Positions 12,994 through 23,429 of a stretch of DNA of 64,000 bases are shown one piece after another; within the stretch, counting starts at the first letter, position 1; every line of letters starts with the position of its first letter. The notes beneath the pieces were generated by a model that saw nothing but the letters and a program-made list of their open reading frames with translations, was not told where the DNA came from and made no database searches. The stretch is from Schizochytrium sp. TIO01 (lineage: Eukaryota > Protista > Bigyra: Labyrinthulomycetes). The position numbers were made by a program, and so were the translations under genes. The stretch covers positions 3,038,001 through 3,102,000 of the forward strand of contig SMSO01000025.1 of assembly GCA_004764695.1 (NCBI GenBank), in the 5' to 3' direction.

Positions 12994-13839
12994 TCAGCTT
13001 TGTGAATGAGCGCTTGGCAGAAGATAAAGTAGCCTCAACGACACATCGCTCGAGCTGTCTTGATTTCGATTCGTGCTGTTGACTTGTTGACTATCTGAGA
13101 GGTTTAAAATATACGCAAGAAGATAACACCGTAGTTTTCACAGAGCCAAAGCACAAGCGTGCGGTGAATCTAGACAGTCAAATAGGACACGTAAGCCTGG
13201 CCATTATGAAGTTGACCCCGCAACCGATGGCTTTGTAGACGGCGAGGCGTCTGAATACGTGCGCTGGAGATCACCACTCCTGCTTTTGAAATACGCCTTT
13301 TTTTTTAGCGGAGGATACTCTGGCGTAGATAATGATACGGCCAGTGCTGTGTTGCTCGCAGCCGCCGAATCAAACCACAGCCATAGACGTGCCCAACTTT
13401 GTCACGTGCGCATATGTGATTGCCTTCAATAAAGCGCCGGCAAGGCACACAATGAGTCGGCAAATTTCTGTCTGAAGTAATTTGCTGGCTTATATTGAGG
13501 TTTGCTTCACTTGTAGTGCTTGGAGCTTAGTGGTTCCTTGGCTATGCCATTTTCTTACCTAGCGTCCACTTCGCAACAAATACCGGTATTGTTATAATAT
13601 GGTACCATTAGGATGTTCTATCAATATCAAAAGCTCAAAAATCATGATTATAGGCGGGCAGATTGGTAGATTAAGGTGCGTGCATATCAGTCGCAAGCAT
13701 GTAGCCAACGCGCATGCCAAACTCTGCACTGCGGCGTGACAGCTAGCTAGGATATTATTTGGATTGAATAATAGCGAAACACAACGAAATGGCTAAGCCT
13801 AAGAAAGGTTGGAGAGCCTCGCAATACAAGGTTTGGTTT

Positions 13840-15084
13840 TTACTTCTTATTAGCACTGTTCTTGTTTCTCTGCGCCTGGGGAGCAGCCTGCGACTTGGGT
13901 GCAGCGGCAGTGCTCGCCGATGTAGCGGCAGTTGCCTTCTTCCTTCGTCCACAGCAGCACGAGCAGCAAAATCCGCATGTGATGATACGAATCGGAAGAA
14001 GAATGACAAAGATTACGAGTGCAAAGATCATACCCAGTACAGGTCCAGCAAGAAGAATTGCCGAGATGATTGCAACCAGGATAAATGCTGCATCGATGAG
14101 AACCTCCGCGTGGTCCTTAAATGCGGGCTGCTGCTGAAGTGTCTGAATCGCGTTCTGGCGGAAGACCACAAAGTGCTCCTTTGCCTTCTTCTGCACCTCG
14201 CCTGCAATACGCGGCGCATCCTTGATCCACTTATCGACCTCCTCAGAGACGGTATCAACATGCGGCTTGACGTGCTCGTCGTAGTGCGGCTTGACCTGGT
14301 CAACCTGCTCAAAAATCCAGACCCGTGCGGGTACAGTGGCCTGATCAAAGGCCTTAATGTGCGGGTCTGCGTACACAAGGAACTCGTCAACGGCATCTTT
14401 GCCAGCCTCCATAAGCTTCTCCGACTGGGGGAGGATAACGCCGTCGTAGAACACCTGCGAGCGCTCATACGCTTCGCTCAGCCTCTCGGAGCCCCGTGAG
14501 AAGGCAATGGCCCACAAAGGATCTGAATCGCCAATGTTGGCAGCGCGGGCCCTCAACTCAGCAGCCTCTTCGTCGTGGCGAGCACGTTCGCGGTCAAGCT
14601 TCTTCCGCAACTCAGAGATCTCCTTCTCGAGAGGGGCAGGGTCGCGGCATGAGCCCTTTGCGGTGGCAGCCTCAGACTTGGCACGCTTCAGGTCCTCCTT
14701 GAGAGCCGAGATGGTCTTCTCGTGCTGTGATACACGGTCATTGGCAGAGGCCAGAGAAGCATCACATGCGCTTTTGGTTTCATCGCTAGAGTCCTGAGCA
14801 GAGCGGGAGCTGGCGGCATTGGCCTCCTGCATGTGCTTGATGGTCTTCTTGGCGGTCTCCAAACCGCTGGTAGCGGCAAGGACCTCGTTGGACTTATCCA
14901 TGAGGTTCTTCTTGAGAGATTCAACCTGGCCCTCAAGCGAGGAGATCTTGGAAGTGAACTCGCTCGCATCGCAAGCAGTGGAGCCAGAAGTCTCAGAAGA
15001 GGCCTCCGAGGCGTGGATGGACATGACGACGGTTGCCATCATGGCAACCATGAGGAGAGGCGAGGAAGGGGAAAGAACACGCAT
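13840..15084 (-). CDS. Membrane-anchored coiled-coil protein (signal peptide, long coiled coil, C-terminal TM hairpin, Cys cluster)
   Basis: 414-aa ORF, ccaccATG start context, strongly C/G-ending codons. N-terminal hydrophobic signal, heptad-rich region (ISSLEGQVESLKKNL...LEKEISELRKKL), long C-terminal hydrophobic stretch, then CGFCCSCCCGRRKK. Confidence 0.85.
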   Translation of the reverse strand: MRVLSPSSPLLMVAMMATVVMSIHASEASSETSGSTACDASEFTSKISSLEGQVESLKKNLMDKSNEVLAATSGLETAKKTIKHMQEANAASSRSAQDSSDETKSACDASLASANDRVSQHEKTISALKEDLKRAKSEAATAKGSCRDPAPLEKEISELRKKLDRERARHDEEAAELRARAANIGDSDPLWAIAFSRGSERLSEAYERSQVFYDGVILPQSEKLMEAGKDAVDEFLVYADPHIKAFDQATVPARVWIFEQVDQVKPHYDEHVKPHVDTVSEEVDKWIKDAPRIAGEVQKKAKEHFVVFRQNAIQTLQQQPAFKDHAEVLIDAAFILVAIISAILLAGPVLGMIFALVIFVILLPIRIITCGFCCSCCCGRRKKATAATSASTAAAPKSQAAPQAQRNKNSANKK

Positions 15085-16588
15085 GGTGGACGAGATAAAA
15101 CAGAAGGAATGGGGGGAAGACAGCAGAGACGTAGAAGGACGGGAACAAAGATAGACACCCGCTTTAAACGCCCCACGATGAGGATCTGTGGAGTGATTCT
15201 CCGCACTCTACATGTTTGTTATTAATTAATAAGTACCTAACTATCTTTACTACTTTTACCCTATCTTATCTTTAAAAAAATATTCATTTTATTCTTCAAT
15301 TTCAAGTTCCGAATTATTACTTGAGACAAGATGTATCCTAAGACGTACGAGAGCTCTCAATTCAACATTGTGAAGAGCGTGGATACGATGTATCTTGCAA
15401 AAACTGTATCCTCGTTTCACTTCCTCGAGGCTTCTCCACGCCCTCATCACCGTCGGAATTGGTGAACTCTAGCAAAGGGATGTCTGGTAAGTTCGCGATT
15501 TGCTAGAATGACGGCACTTCTATAATTATTGCTATACTGGTCCTATAAGAGTTGCCGGCGGTTGCAAGTTTCTCTTTCTCTCTTTCGTTTTGTAAACTAA
15601 TCCCTAAGCTTTACGCTATCAAAGTGGTGCGTCAGGTAGGTAGTTAGTTAGTCAGTTCGAGGTTTTGTTCGCTTTGTTCAAAGTTGCGCGTCTTGAGCTG
15701 CATACTTTATGCTATGCATCGGAGCTCTTCTTAGGCAAGAGAGATCAGAAGGGCAGCGAGTATTACCCCTCTTTTCTTTTCTCTTCTTAAAAAAAAACAG
15801 AAGAGATATGTATACATACATACATACATACATACATATAAGGAGAAGCGATTGCTCGTGGTCTTTTAAGGAGGAGATCTTTGAGAGGAGAGAGGGGGTC
15901 AAATATTAACGAAGCGATGGTCCCAAGTTCCTTCGCCACGTCACCGATGGTGGTCAATTGCTGCGCTGTCCACTGTAAGATTTACAAGTTGTAATTGGCT
16001 CAAGCTCTGGGCTTCGTCGTGGAGACTAGTCTGTTCGCTGTGCTTAGCTGAGCGTCAGAATAAGGCTAAAGCAGAGCAATTTATTTGCCTGGAATGAAAC
16101 TTGAATAGATGCAACAAACATGCAGTACATGTTTAGTCGGTTGTGAAATTATTTTTTTAATGGTTCGCATGCGTTCACGGTAATGGTGGGACAAGACGTC
16201 CATCAGATACAGATTAAACCATTTTCTTAAGAAAAGATTATGTATACCGCTACAGATAACTTTCGTGGGAAAGTCAACACAACAATCTATATTTGAAAAT
16301 ATGAACTAATAGCTACTTGACGAAAGAGACAGTTGAAGTGCCACCCGTGTCTTTTGGAAAAAAACAATTACAAAAGCATCAGCCAAGATGGAATCTAAAT
16401 TGATTTGATTGGCCACAGCACCCTTCCAGTGTATCTCATGTACGAAGACGACAAACCTAGAGCAATGCTATTCATTATGTATTTGTTGACTGCCTTCAGG
16501 ATAGAAGCGTAGGTAGCAAACATGATATGAAGACTGACTTTCTTGACCAGCTGTTTGTTCACCCATACATGGAAATATCGATATAAAT

Positions 16589-18316
16589 ATGCAGAGCCAA
16601 GGAGATAATATGAACTGTAGCAACATGCCAAAGGCCGCGCAACCTCGTGTACCAATAAATGATTCGGCCTCAGTTATAGAGGTAGCGCCACAGATTGTTA
16701 TCAGATCGTCTACCGAGATCTCTTGGCAACACGAGACTATTAAAGCAAACAACACCAAGACCGAGCAAAACAGCATAGAGAGTCTGGAGTCTGCCGAGGA
16801 GTTTTCAAGTGACATGAACCGAAGTATCAGCGAATTTTTCGAAGAACCTGTTACAATTTGGAAAGAGCTAGGACCCTCATTTGTACTGACTTTACAGCTA
16901 ACCACTGTAGCAATAGCTGGAGTTTCTCAAGAAATTTATTGGCTTGGAAAGTTATTTGTTTTTGATATCAACATCGGCGATGATCCGGTCTTTACTCCTT
17001 CTACCAGGATAGGTCTAATCTTGCACCATGCTCTCTTATATGTAACCTTTGGGTTTCTTCCCGTCATGCTTGCAGCATATACGCGAATGGGAGTCTGTCG
17101 CGCGTTTCTCATCTTTGGTATACCTCTGTCGATCTGGATTGTTTGTTGGGACTATGTCTCACTTCCTACGCTGTGGAAACTTGCAATACCGTACGGATAT
17201 ATTCCTCTTGCACTCCGGCTCTTCGTTGTCTCCAAGAAGAGTTCACTGCCATTCAAAGCCTTTGCATTCTTCATCAGTCTGATTCTGGGCAACATTCTTG
17301 TTCTCTTTGTTAACAAGATAGACCTCTCAAAAAGCACCGCCATACGGATTTTTTTTACATCTGTTCTCGTACCAATTATTAAGGAGATGACTGCCGCGTG
17401 GTTTAGGTCATCAACACGAAGTCTTGTTACAAAAACAGATGTCTCTCTTGGTCACGCAAATCGTGGTGCACCCTGGGCTCAATTGCTGCTTATTCAAATC
17501 GTTTGGTCTGTTTATGGACGTATGCTGTTTTCAGAGTCTGAAAATCATGTAGTACTCATCATTCTTCTTGTCTTGCAATCTGCTATGGAACTCTTCTTAC
17601 GTCTCACTTTGCGCTGGCGAGATCAATTTACAAAACACACGAAGCTACGTGTTTGGCACCATACGTGTAGATTGCTTGGACGTCCTGTTACCGAACGTCG
17701 AAGGTCATCTGTAATCATTCCATACTCAGATATGTATAAATCAGGCGCCGCAAAAGATTATGAGGTTGTCGAGCGCGTCTTTTACAGTATGGTGGTTCTC
17801 TGCGATATGTTAGCTGAATATATAGCAATTTTCGCTGTGCCCATGATTATTGTTACTTTCCGAAAGCAAGTAATTCTTGTTCCTCTCGCGTATTATAATA
17901 ACCAGGACGACCCTTTTTACGGCCAAGTTGATCTTAAACCGCTAGCAATGTGGGTTTCTCTTCAACTTGGTGCAGAGATATTGGTAGATTCAATATGTGT
18001 TGCTCATGAGCGTGGTGCACTTGGACTGAATTTAAACAAGATTTGGGCTCATAGGCCACCATTCTTTACGCTATGGGTCATTCTGGCCTCTCTCGGGGCA
18101 GCCCCATTCGTCTACTTAGTACTCGACACAGATCTTTGTAGCGAGACGAACTATTGCTATTGTGCAGATGGAAATGGTCTTGCTCCAAATGGTCTTATGC
18201 AGCGTTATTGCCAAACCCTCTATCCTCTTTCCAATGGACTTCCCTACAGCAATAGCGACATCAACACCGCTAGCAATGTGACGACTTCCTCATTTGTTCT
18301 TGGAGGAATTCCCTGA
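16589..18316 (+). CDS. Polytopic membrane protein of unknown function
   Basis: 575-aa ORF with roughly 10-12 hydrophobic helices and a Cys-containing C-terminal tail (LCSETNYCYC...YC). No family confidently recognised. Confidence 0.8.
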   Translation: MQSQGDNMNCSNMPKAAQPRVPINDSASVIEVAPQIVIRSSTEISWQHETIKANNTKTEQNSIESLESAEEFSSDMNRSISEFFEEPVTIWKELGPSFVLTLQLTTVAIAGVSQEIYWLGKLFVFDINIGDDPVFTPSTRIGLILHHALLYVTFGFLPVMLAAYTRMGVCRAFLIFGIPLSIWIVCWDYVSLPTLWKLAIPYGYIPLALRLFVVSKKSSLPFKAFAFFISLILGNILVLFVNKIDLSKSTAIRIFFTSVLVPIIKEMTAAWFRSSTRSLVTKTDVSLGHANRGAPWAQLLLIQIVWSVYGRMLFSESENHVVLIILLVLQSAMELFLRLTLRWRDQFTKHTKLRVWHHTCRLLGRPVTERRRSSVIIPYSDMYKSGAAKDYEVVERVFYSMVVLCDMLAEYIAIFAVPMIIVTFRKQVILVPLAYYNNQDDPFYGQVDLKPLAMWVSLQLGAEILVDSICVAHERGALGLNLNKIWAHRPPFFTLWVILASLGAAPFVYLVLDTDLCSETNYCYCADGNGLAPNGLMQRYCQTLYPLSNGLPYSNSDINTASNVTTSSFVLGGIP

Positions 18317-18932
18317 AAATAAAAACAGCAACAGAGGGTTGATTTCAAATACTCAAGTTATGATGATATGACAAAGAGTTTCTAGGAAGATTGATAGTAC
18401 GCCAATTTAATCTATTCATCCTTGTTGTTGCATAGGTCTGCGAATGATGATTGTAACTTGTTTATATTTTGGATTGTTTTGTTTTTTAGCTTTTAAAAAG
18501 AAAACTAGTGTGGAGTTTGAGTCTCTAAAGAAATAAGTACTAGGTAGAGTCGTGCGAGAAAGGAGCAATTTTGGTAGGAAAATCGATAACCAGCTCCTTT
18601 TTGTTTGAATACCCGCGCGTGCGATGCTCTTGAAAAGTTAAGATTTGGAAGACCAATTGCTGTGTAAGTCCTTTCTTCCCTTTTCTCGGCAAAAGGAAAA
18701 CGGAAATGGAGGGTGAAGTGAACTAATGATGCGACCCGGACAAAGGTCCAGCCTCTTCAGAGTCGATCAAAACTGTAAGCTCTTAACTCTGGGCACCTCT
18801 TTTGCTGCAAGTAAGAACAGACATACGTTTATGCTCGAGTGTAACTAGGGAGCAAAGGTAGAAACAGTCGAATTCTAAGGACATGCATTGCACATATACG
18901 CATGCTGAACAGAAGATCAGAAACATGCTACA

Positions 18933-20384
18933 TTAAGGCAACGCCAAGCAAAGAGTGTGCTGACCACCAGCCGTGATAGCAGATACCTTGATTGGTGTGG
19001 GGTCGCGCTTTGACTTAACAACCATCTTGGGTGTAGATTGGTCATCATCGGTACCGTGCCCAAGCTGAGAGGTCTCGCCAAAGCCCCACGTGTACAGACG
19101 GTTGTCGTCAGTAATAACGGCACTCATGTGACCACCACAGCAGCCGCTGACCACGTGAGCGGGAGGATCAAACTTTAGCTTAAAAGGCTTACTGGAGAAG
19201 GCACCAGCGCCATCAAGCTTGTTCTCCTCAAGTGACACACCAAGCTCGCTCTGGTCAGCGCGACCAAAGGTATAGACAGATCCATCGCGAGCAATTGCCA
19301 TGCTGTGGTGCTCACCACCGTGCACGGCGACGATGCCCTTGTTATCAAAGACCTCAACACGAGTGAGAAGCTCAACAGGGTTCTTTTCCTCCGAGATGGC
19401 AAGCTGGCCGTACTGGTTGAGACCGCAAGCAAACACTCGGCTACGTACGGCCTGGATGACAAATGAGTGATGACTTCCGGAACCAATGTAGCGGGCGTTA
19501 GAGACGGGGGTATTGTTCTCCTCGTAGACCATCTGTGCCGGTGTGAGATGGTCCTTAAGCACCTTTTCCTTTTGGTAGACATGGTTTTCGTCCTTAAGAG
19601 GGGCCACGCGTCGACCAAGCTCTCCTGCCTCGCCAAGGCCCCATGCGAAGACGGTTCCGTCTCCACAGAGCACAATGGTGTGGTTTGCGCCGGAGGTGAT
19701 CTGAGTGGCGCCTCCGTGCAGCGTCGGGTCGCTGACCTCAGGGATCTTTTCCGGCTCTGGTTGCGTGGTCTGGAATGATTTCTCCGCTGTGCCACGTCTG
19801 AACCACTTGCGTCCATCCTTGTCCAAGTAGCATCCCCAAACGAAAACCTCTCCATTCATTGACAAGCAGGCCGAGTGAGCATCTCCAGCACTAACTTGCA
19901 CTGCAAAAACCTTAAACTGAATGGATTTAACAATTCCAGGAAAGTTCTCCTCATCGCCAGAAGTCTTGCGTCCAAGTGTGTCGTTATCAGAGCAGCCCCA
20001 GCTAATCACGCTACCGTCCGTGCCATCCACAACCACGTTGTGCATACCACCAGCAGCTGCAGCGATCAATGTGTTCTGCTCGATGCTGGGAATTACACGG
20101 GGTCTGCCCACAGATGTGAGATCCATTGATCCATCTTCGTCCTGTCCGAGTCCGAGTTGACCACAATCGCCTGTACCCATGACGAAGGCGGTGCCGGTAG
20201 TACAGAACTTTTCCTTGAGGGTTTGGGCGTGGGAGACGTAGTCCATCATGCCATCCTCCCAATTTGCGAAAGGGTTTGCCTGGACGTTGTTGTGCACCCA
20301 TTGGCGGAAAGTGCGGTTTAAGCACGCCACCTGCCGAGAGTACTCCACGTCAAGCTCATCACTGCGCTTCCGTTTCTGCGCCAT
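18933..20384 (-). CDS. RCC1: Regulator of chromosome condensation RCC1 (RanGEF) with N-terminal NLS and Nup50/Nup2-like helical module
   Basis: RCC1 repeats with orthologue-type motifs in canonical order: GTGDCGQLGLG, AAGGMHN, WGCSDNDTLGR, VQVSAGDAHSACL (catalytic Asp), WGCYLDKDG, SGANH, GLNQYGQL, GGEHHS, FGRAD, WGFGETSQLGHG, AGGQHTL. KRKR at residues 4-7. Confidence 0.9.
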   Translation of the reverse strand: MAQKRKRSDELDVEYSRQVACLNRTFRQWVHNNVQANPFANWEDGMMDYVSHAQTLKEKFCTTGTAFVMGTGDCGQLGLGQDEDGSMDLTSVGRPRVIPSIEQNTLIAAAAGGMHNVVVDGTDGSVISWGCSDNDTLGRKTSGDEENFPGIVKSIQFKVFAVQVSAGDAHSACLSMNGEVFVWGCYLDKDGRKWFRRGTAEKSFQTTQPEPEKIPEVSDPTLHGGATQITSGANHTIVLCGDGTVFAWGLGEAGELGRRVAPLKDENHVYQKEKVLKDHLTPAQMVYEENNTPVSNARYIGSGSHHSFVIQAVRSRVFACGLNQYGQLAISEEKNPVELLTRVEVFDNKGIVAVHGGEHHSMAIARDGSVYTFGRADQSELGVSLEENKLDGAGAFSSKPFKLKFDPPAHVVSGCCGGHMSAVITDDNRLYTWGFGETSQLGHGTDDDQSTPKMVVKSKRDPTPIKVSAITAGGQHTLCLALP

Positions 20385-21467
20385 CGTGAGCTAACCACTA
20401 AAAAGCCCAAGCGGAGACACCAGGAAAGCAAACGAACGAACAAGCCCTGCAAAGAGAAGACACGGCCAGCAGCTACAGGCCTTTTCTACTTTCAAACGCC
20501 CAACGAGTGCGTGAAGTAGTACAGCCACGACCTGACACCAGCAGTATTGGATTTGATCGCCTCACGCTTGCTTGGCTTTGATCGCATTTGTTTCACTAGC
20601 CTCCACAACATTAATAGCTGTTATTCGCTTGGCACAATCTTCTCTTGTCTCAATGGATATTCTGATTTTCTCTATAGTATAACCACTTATTCTTCACTAT
20701 AGCATTTTATTCTTCACTATCCTATTCTTCACTTTGCGAGGCGTATCCACTCAAGCCCAGTCAAAGTCTATACTCCATTGTAACCTCCATTCTTCATAAT
20801 AAAATATCCTTATTTCTACTTGCTCAGTCGATATAGAAAGAACAAATTAATTAAAATCAGTCAATCGATCACTCATCAATTTTGTTTGTTCAGGTAACTA
20901 GTTAGTACTACCTAGTTACTAGTACCTAGTGTATTTGTGTTATTTCTTCCCTCTTCACCTTATTTTTTATTAGGAGTGGCTGAGGGGTAGTTTGGGCGAG
21001 GATGAAGACCAATTTGAATTTCATCGTATAGCGTGGGTACAACATAAAGTGGAGGGTACTCGCAGGGTACCCCCTGGTGGAGGAGGCGCTTGGCGACGGC
21101 GAAGGTCAAAACTACTTCGGACCGGTGCGGCTTGAGATCTGCGCCGCTACGGAGTGTCAGGTTGCGCAGAGGAGCTCTACGCAACGCACGCGGACCCTCC
21201 TGGGTCAGCATTGCTACTGGGCCTCTCTCGCAGCACATTCGCTAGACGTGTTCGCTATATCGCGGCGGCGAAAGAAAAGCCGCACGCTGGTCAAGGGCGA
21301 CATCACTAGAGGACAACAGTAGAGATACAGACGATTCCTTGCTCTAGAGTTAGGGATTACTCGGCTGTGTGTCGCAGACTTACTCTGTGGGATCAAGCCG
21401 AAGTCGTATTTTTTGTTGGAACCCTGCATTTTTCTTGGATCTAGAGTAAACAGAATATCCAGAGAAG

Positions 21468-22229
21468 ATGTCGCGACGCAAGGAGGTGCAGATGGGCACC
21501 TTGAACAGGTGGATGGCCTTCCAGCAGCAGGTTCGCTTAGGGCAGGACACGAGGAATCGACCTAAGGTGCCTTCGTCGTGCAAAAATTTGCAAGATGCGC
21601 AAAGATTTCGCAAACAAGTGGCTAAGGAAATCTCGCAACGCATTACTCAAATCCAGATGGCTTCTCTCGGTGAACACCGTCTTCGTGAACTCAATGACGA
21701 GATCAACAACCTTATGCGCGAGAGATACGCGTGGGAACGACAAATTCTGCACCTTGGTGGCCCAGACGTCAGGAATCATAGCTCATCGGGCGCGACGTAC
21801 AAATATTACGGAGCTGCTCGCGAGCTTCCGCAAGTGCGTGAGCTCCTGTCCAGGCCTGAGCCCAAGTCACAGGCGCCGAAAAAACGCAAGCGTGATGAGA
21901 TCATGAGGAATATTAGCCCAGCTTATTACCACTCTATCGTCGACCTCCGCGATGACCCGCTAGGACTTTTGGACGCCGAGGCGCGCGAAGAGTCTGAGTT
22001 GCGCTCCGAGCGCATGGCTGCGGAGGAAACTGTACCTACACCGCCCCCTGCTGCGGACCCTATGGACGATGCGTCCATATTCGACCAGCTATTGCTGCAA
22101 ACTGCGCATTATTCTTCTCTATCGTTCTTGTCTGTGAAACAGCGCAAGGATCTTGACACATCAAAAGCTATGGAGACTGTTATTGTGGAGCGCAAGAAAA
22201 AGGCTTTAGAGGATAAGTACATGCTGTGA
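21468..22229 (+). CDS. ISY1: Pre-mRNA-splicing factor ISY1
   Basis: MSRRKE...LNRW, RP...C, EISQRITQIQMASLGEHRLRELNDEINNLMRER..WE.QI..LGGPD and YKYYGAARELPQVRELL match the Isy1 family pattern. Confidence 0.92.
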   Translation: MSRRKEVQMGTLNRWMAFQQQVRLGQDTRNRPKVPSSCKNLQDAQRFRKQVAKEISQRITQIQMASLGEHRLRELNDEINNLMRERYAWERQILHLGGPDVRNHSSSGATYKYYGAARELPQVRELLSRPEPKSQAPKKRKRDEIMRNISPAYYHSIVDLRDDPLGLLDAEAREESELRSERMAAEETVPTPPPAADPMDDASIFDQLLLQTAHYSSLSFLSVKQRKDLDTSKAMETVIVERKKKALEDKYML

Positions 22230-23429
22230 AAATCTTCAAAATCCACCTGTGTAGTCCTCTTTTTTTGGTCTGTTTATTTGTAAGCAAGCCTTTAATTCAT
22301 TTACCCCTCCCCCCCCCCAATGATTTGGTATCATCGTTGTATCCCTCGTATCCTGGATTTTTCGTTCCTTGCTTACATTTTGTTTTTCTTCTCGAAAGGC
22401 GATTTTCACACTAGACTATCCTTTAAAAAAGCTTGTCGAAATATTAAGCAATCAGTGTGATCAACGATCCTCTATATTACTTAGTATATTTTTTATCTTC
22501 CTATGTTTTTGTCCCCTCTTAGCTTTTGCTAGAATGCTAGAATGTACAGATTACTGTCAGCTCCATTAGTGCAATGAGTGCTCGTCTAGGCCTGTAAAAT
22601 ATGTCTGTAACTTTTCATCACCCCTCTCCAAGTTGGTTCATTTCACCGCAGACTGCAGCGCATCATCAGCAAGATCTGCAACGTTTTAAAGTGCGAATCA
22701 CGACTTACACATATTCTGCTCGTATAGCCTCACTCAGTGTACAAACACGCCTTCTAGTACCGTTTCACTCATTATTCTGACGCATCGCCAAGCGCAAATA
22801 TAGGAGTATTATTGAAGATCATCTCGTATCATTTATTCCTTGTGCCCGGGAATTGTTCGGGAATTGTGTGTCAAATTGAATCTGACAACTTTCGTTGACC
22901 CGTAGAGAGATGATTCGGAGTAGAAGCGAATGCACGGAGAACAATCTTAGATTGAATAATACTACGCTCATATGATTTCTCGAAACGAAAATGATATCAT
23001 TTGTGCACTTACCGCCCAAGTGATCAATTATTTTGGCTGTTTAACTTCTTCACATGTTGTTCTCAGACAACACTAAGTACTAATTAGATCCACTTAGCTA
23101 ATTCATTAGTAGTTGTGAACAGGCTGTTCGCGCAACGCTGGAGTTCGTTCCCGCCTTGGTATTCTGAAAGTCTCCGAGAAGCCCCTCGTGGATTATTGAC
23201 CTAGGACTATTGTAGCTTGAAGCTCGCTGGTCTCTCAGAAGTCATTTTAAAGACTGCTTCCTTTGGCAGTCGCTGTTAAGGGAGTACTTCTAGGTTGTCT
23301 TGAGGATATCTCATTACAACCACAGGAAGCACTCTTAAATTTTCTGCTGAATCTACTTATCGTGCAGGAGCAACAAAAAAAGTGCGGCAAACCCGAAACT
23401 TTGGTAAAGTTGGAAATACATTCGTCAAG

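Noticed and set aside
13789-14499. 236-aa antisense ORF and other overlapping ORFs on the 414-aa gene
   Set aside because: Shadow ORFs of a GC3-rich CDS.
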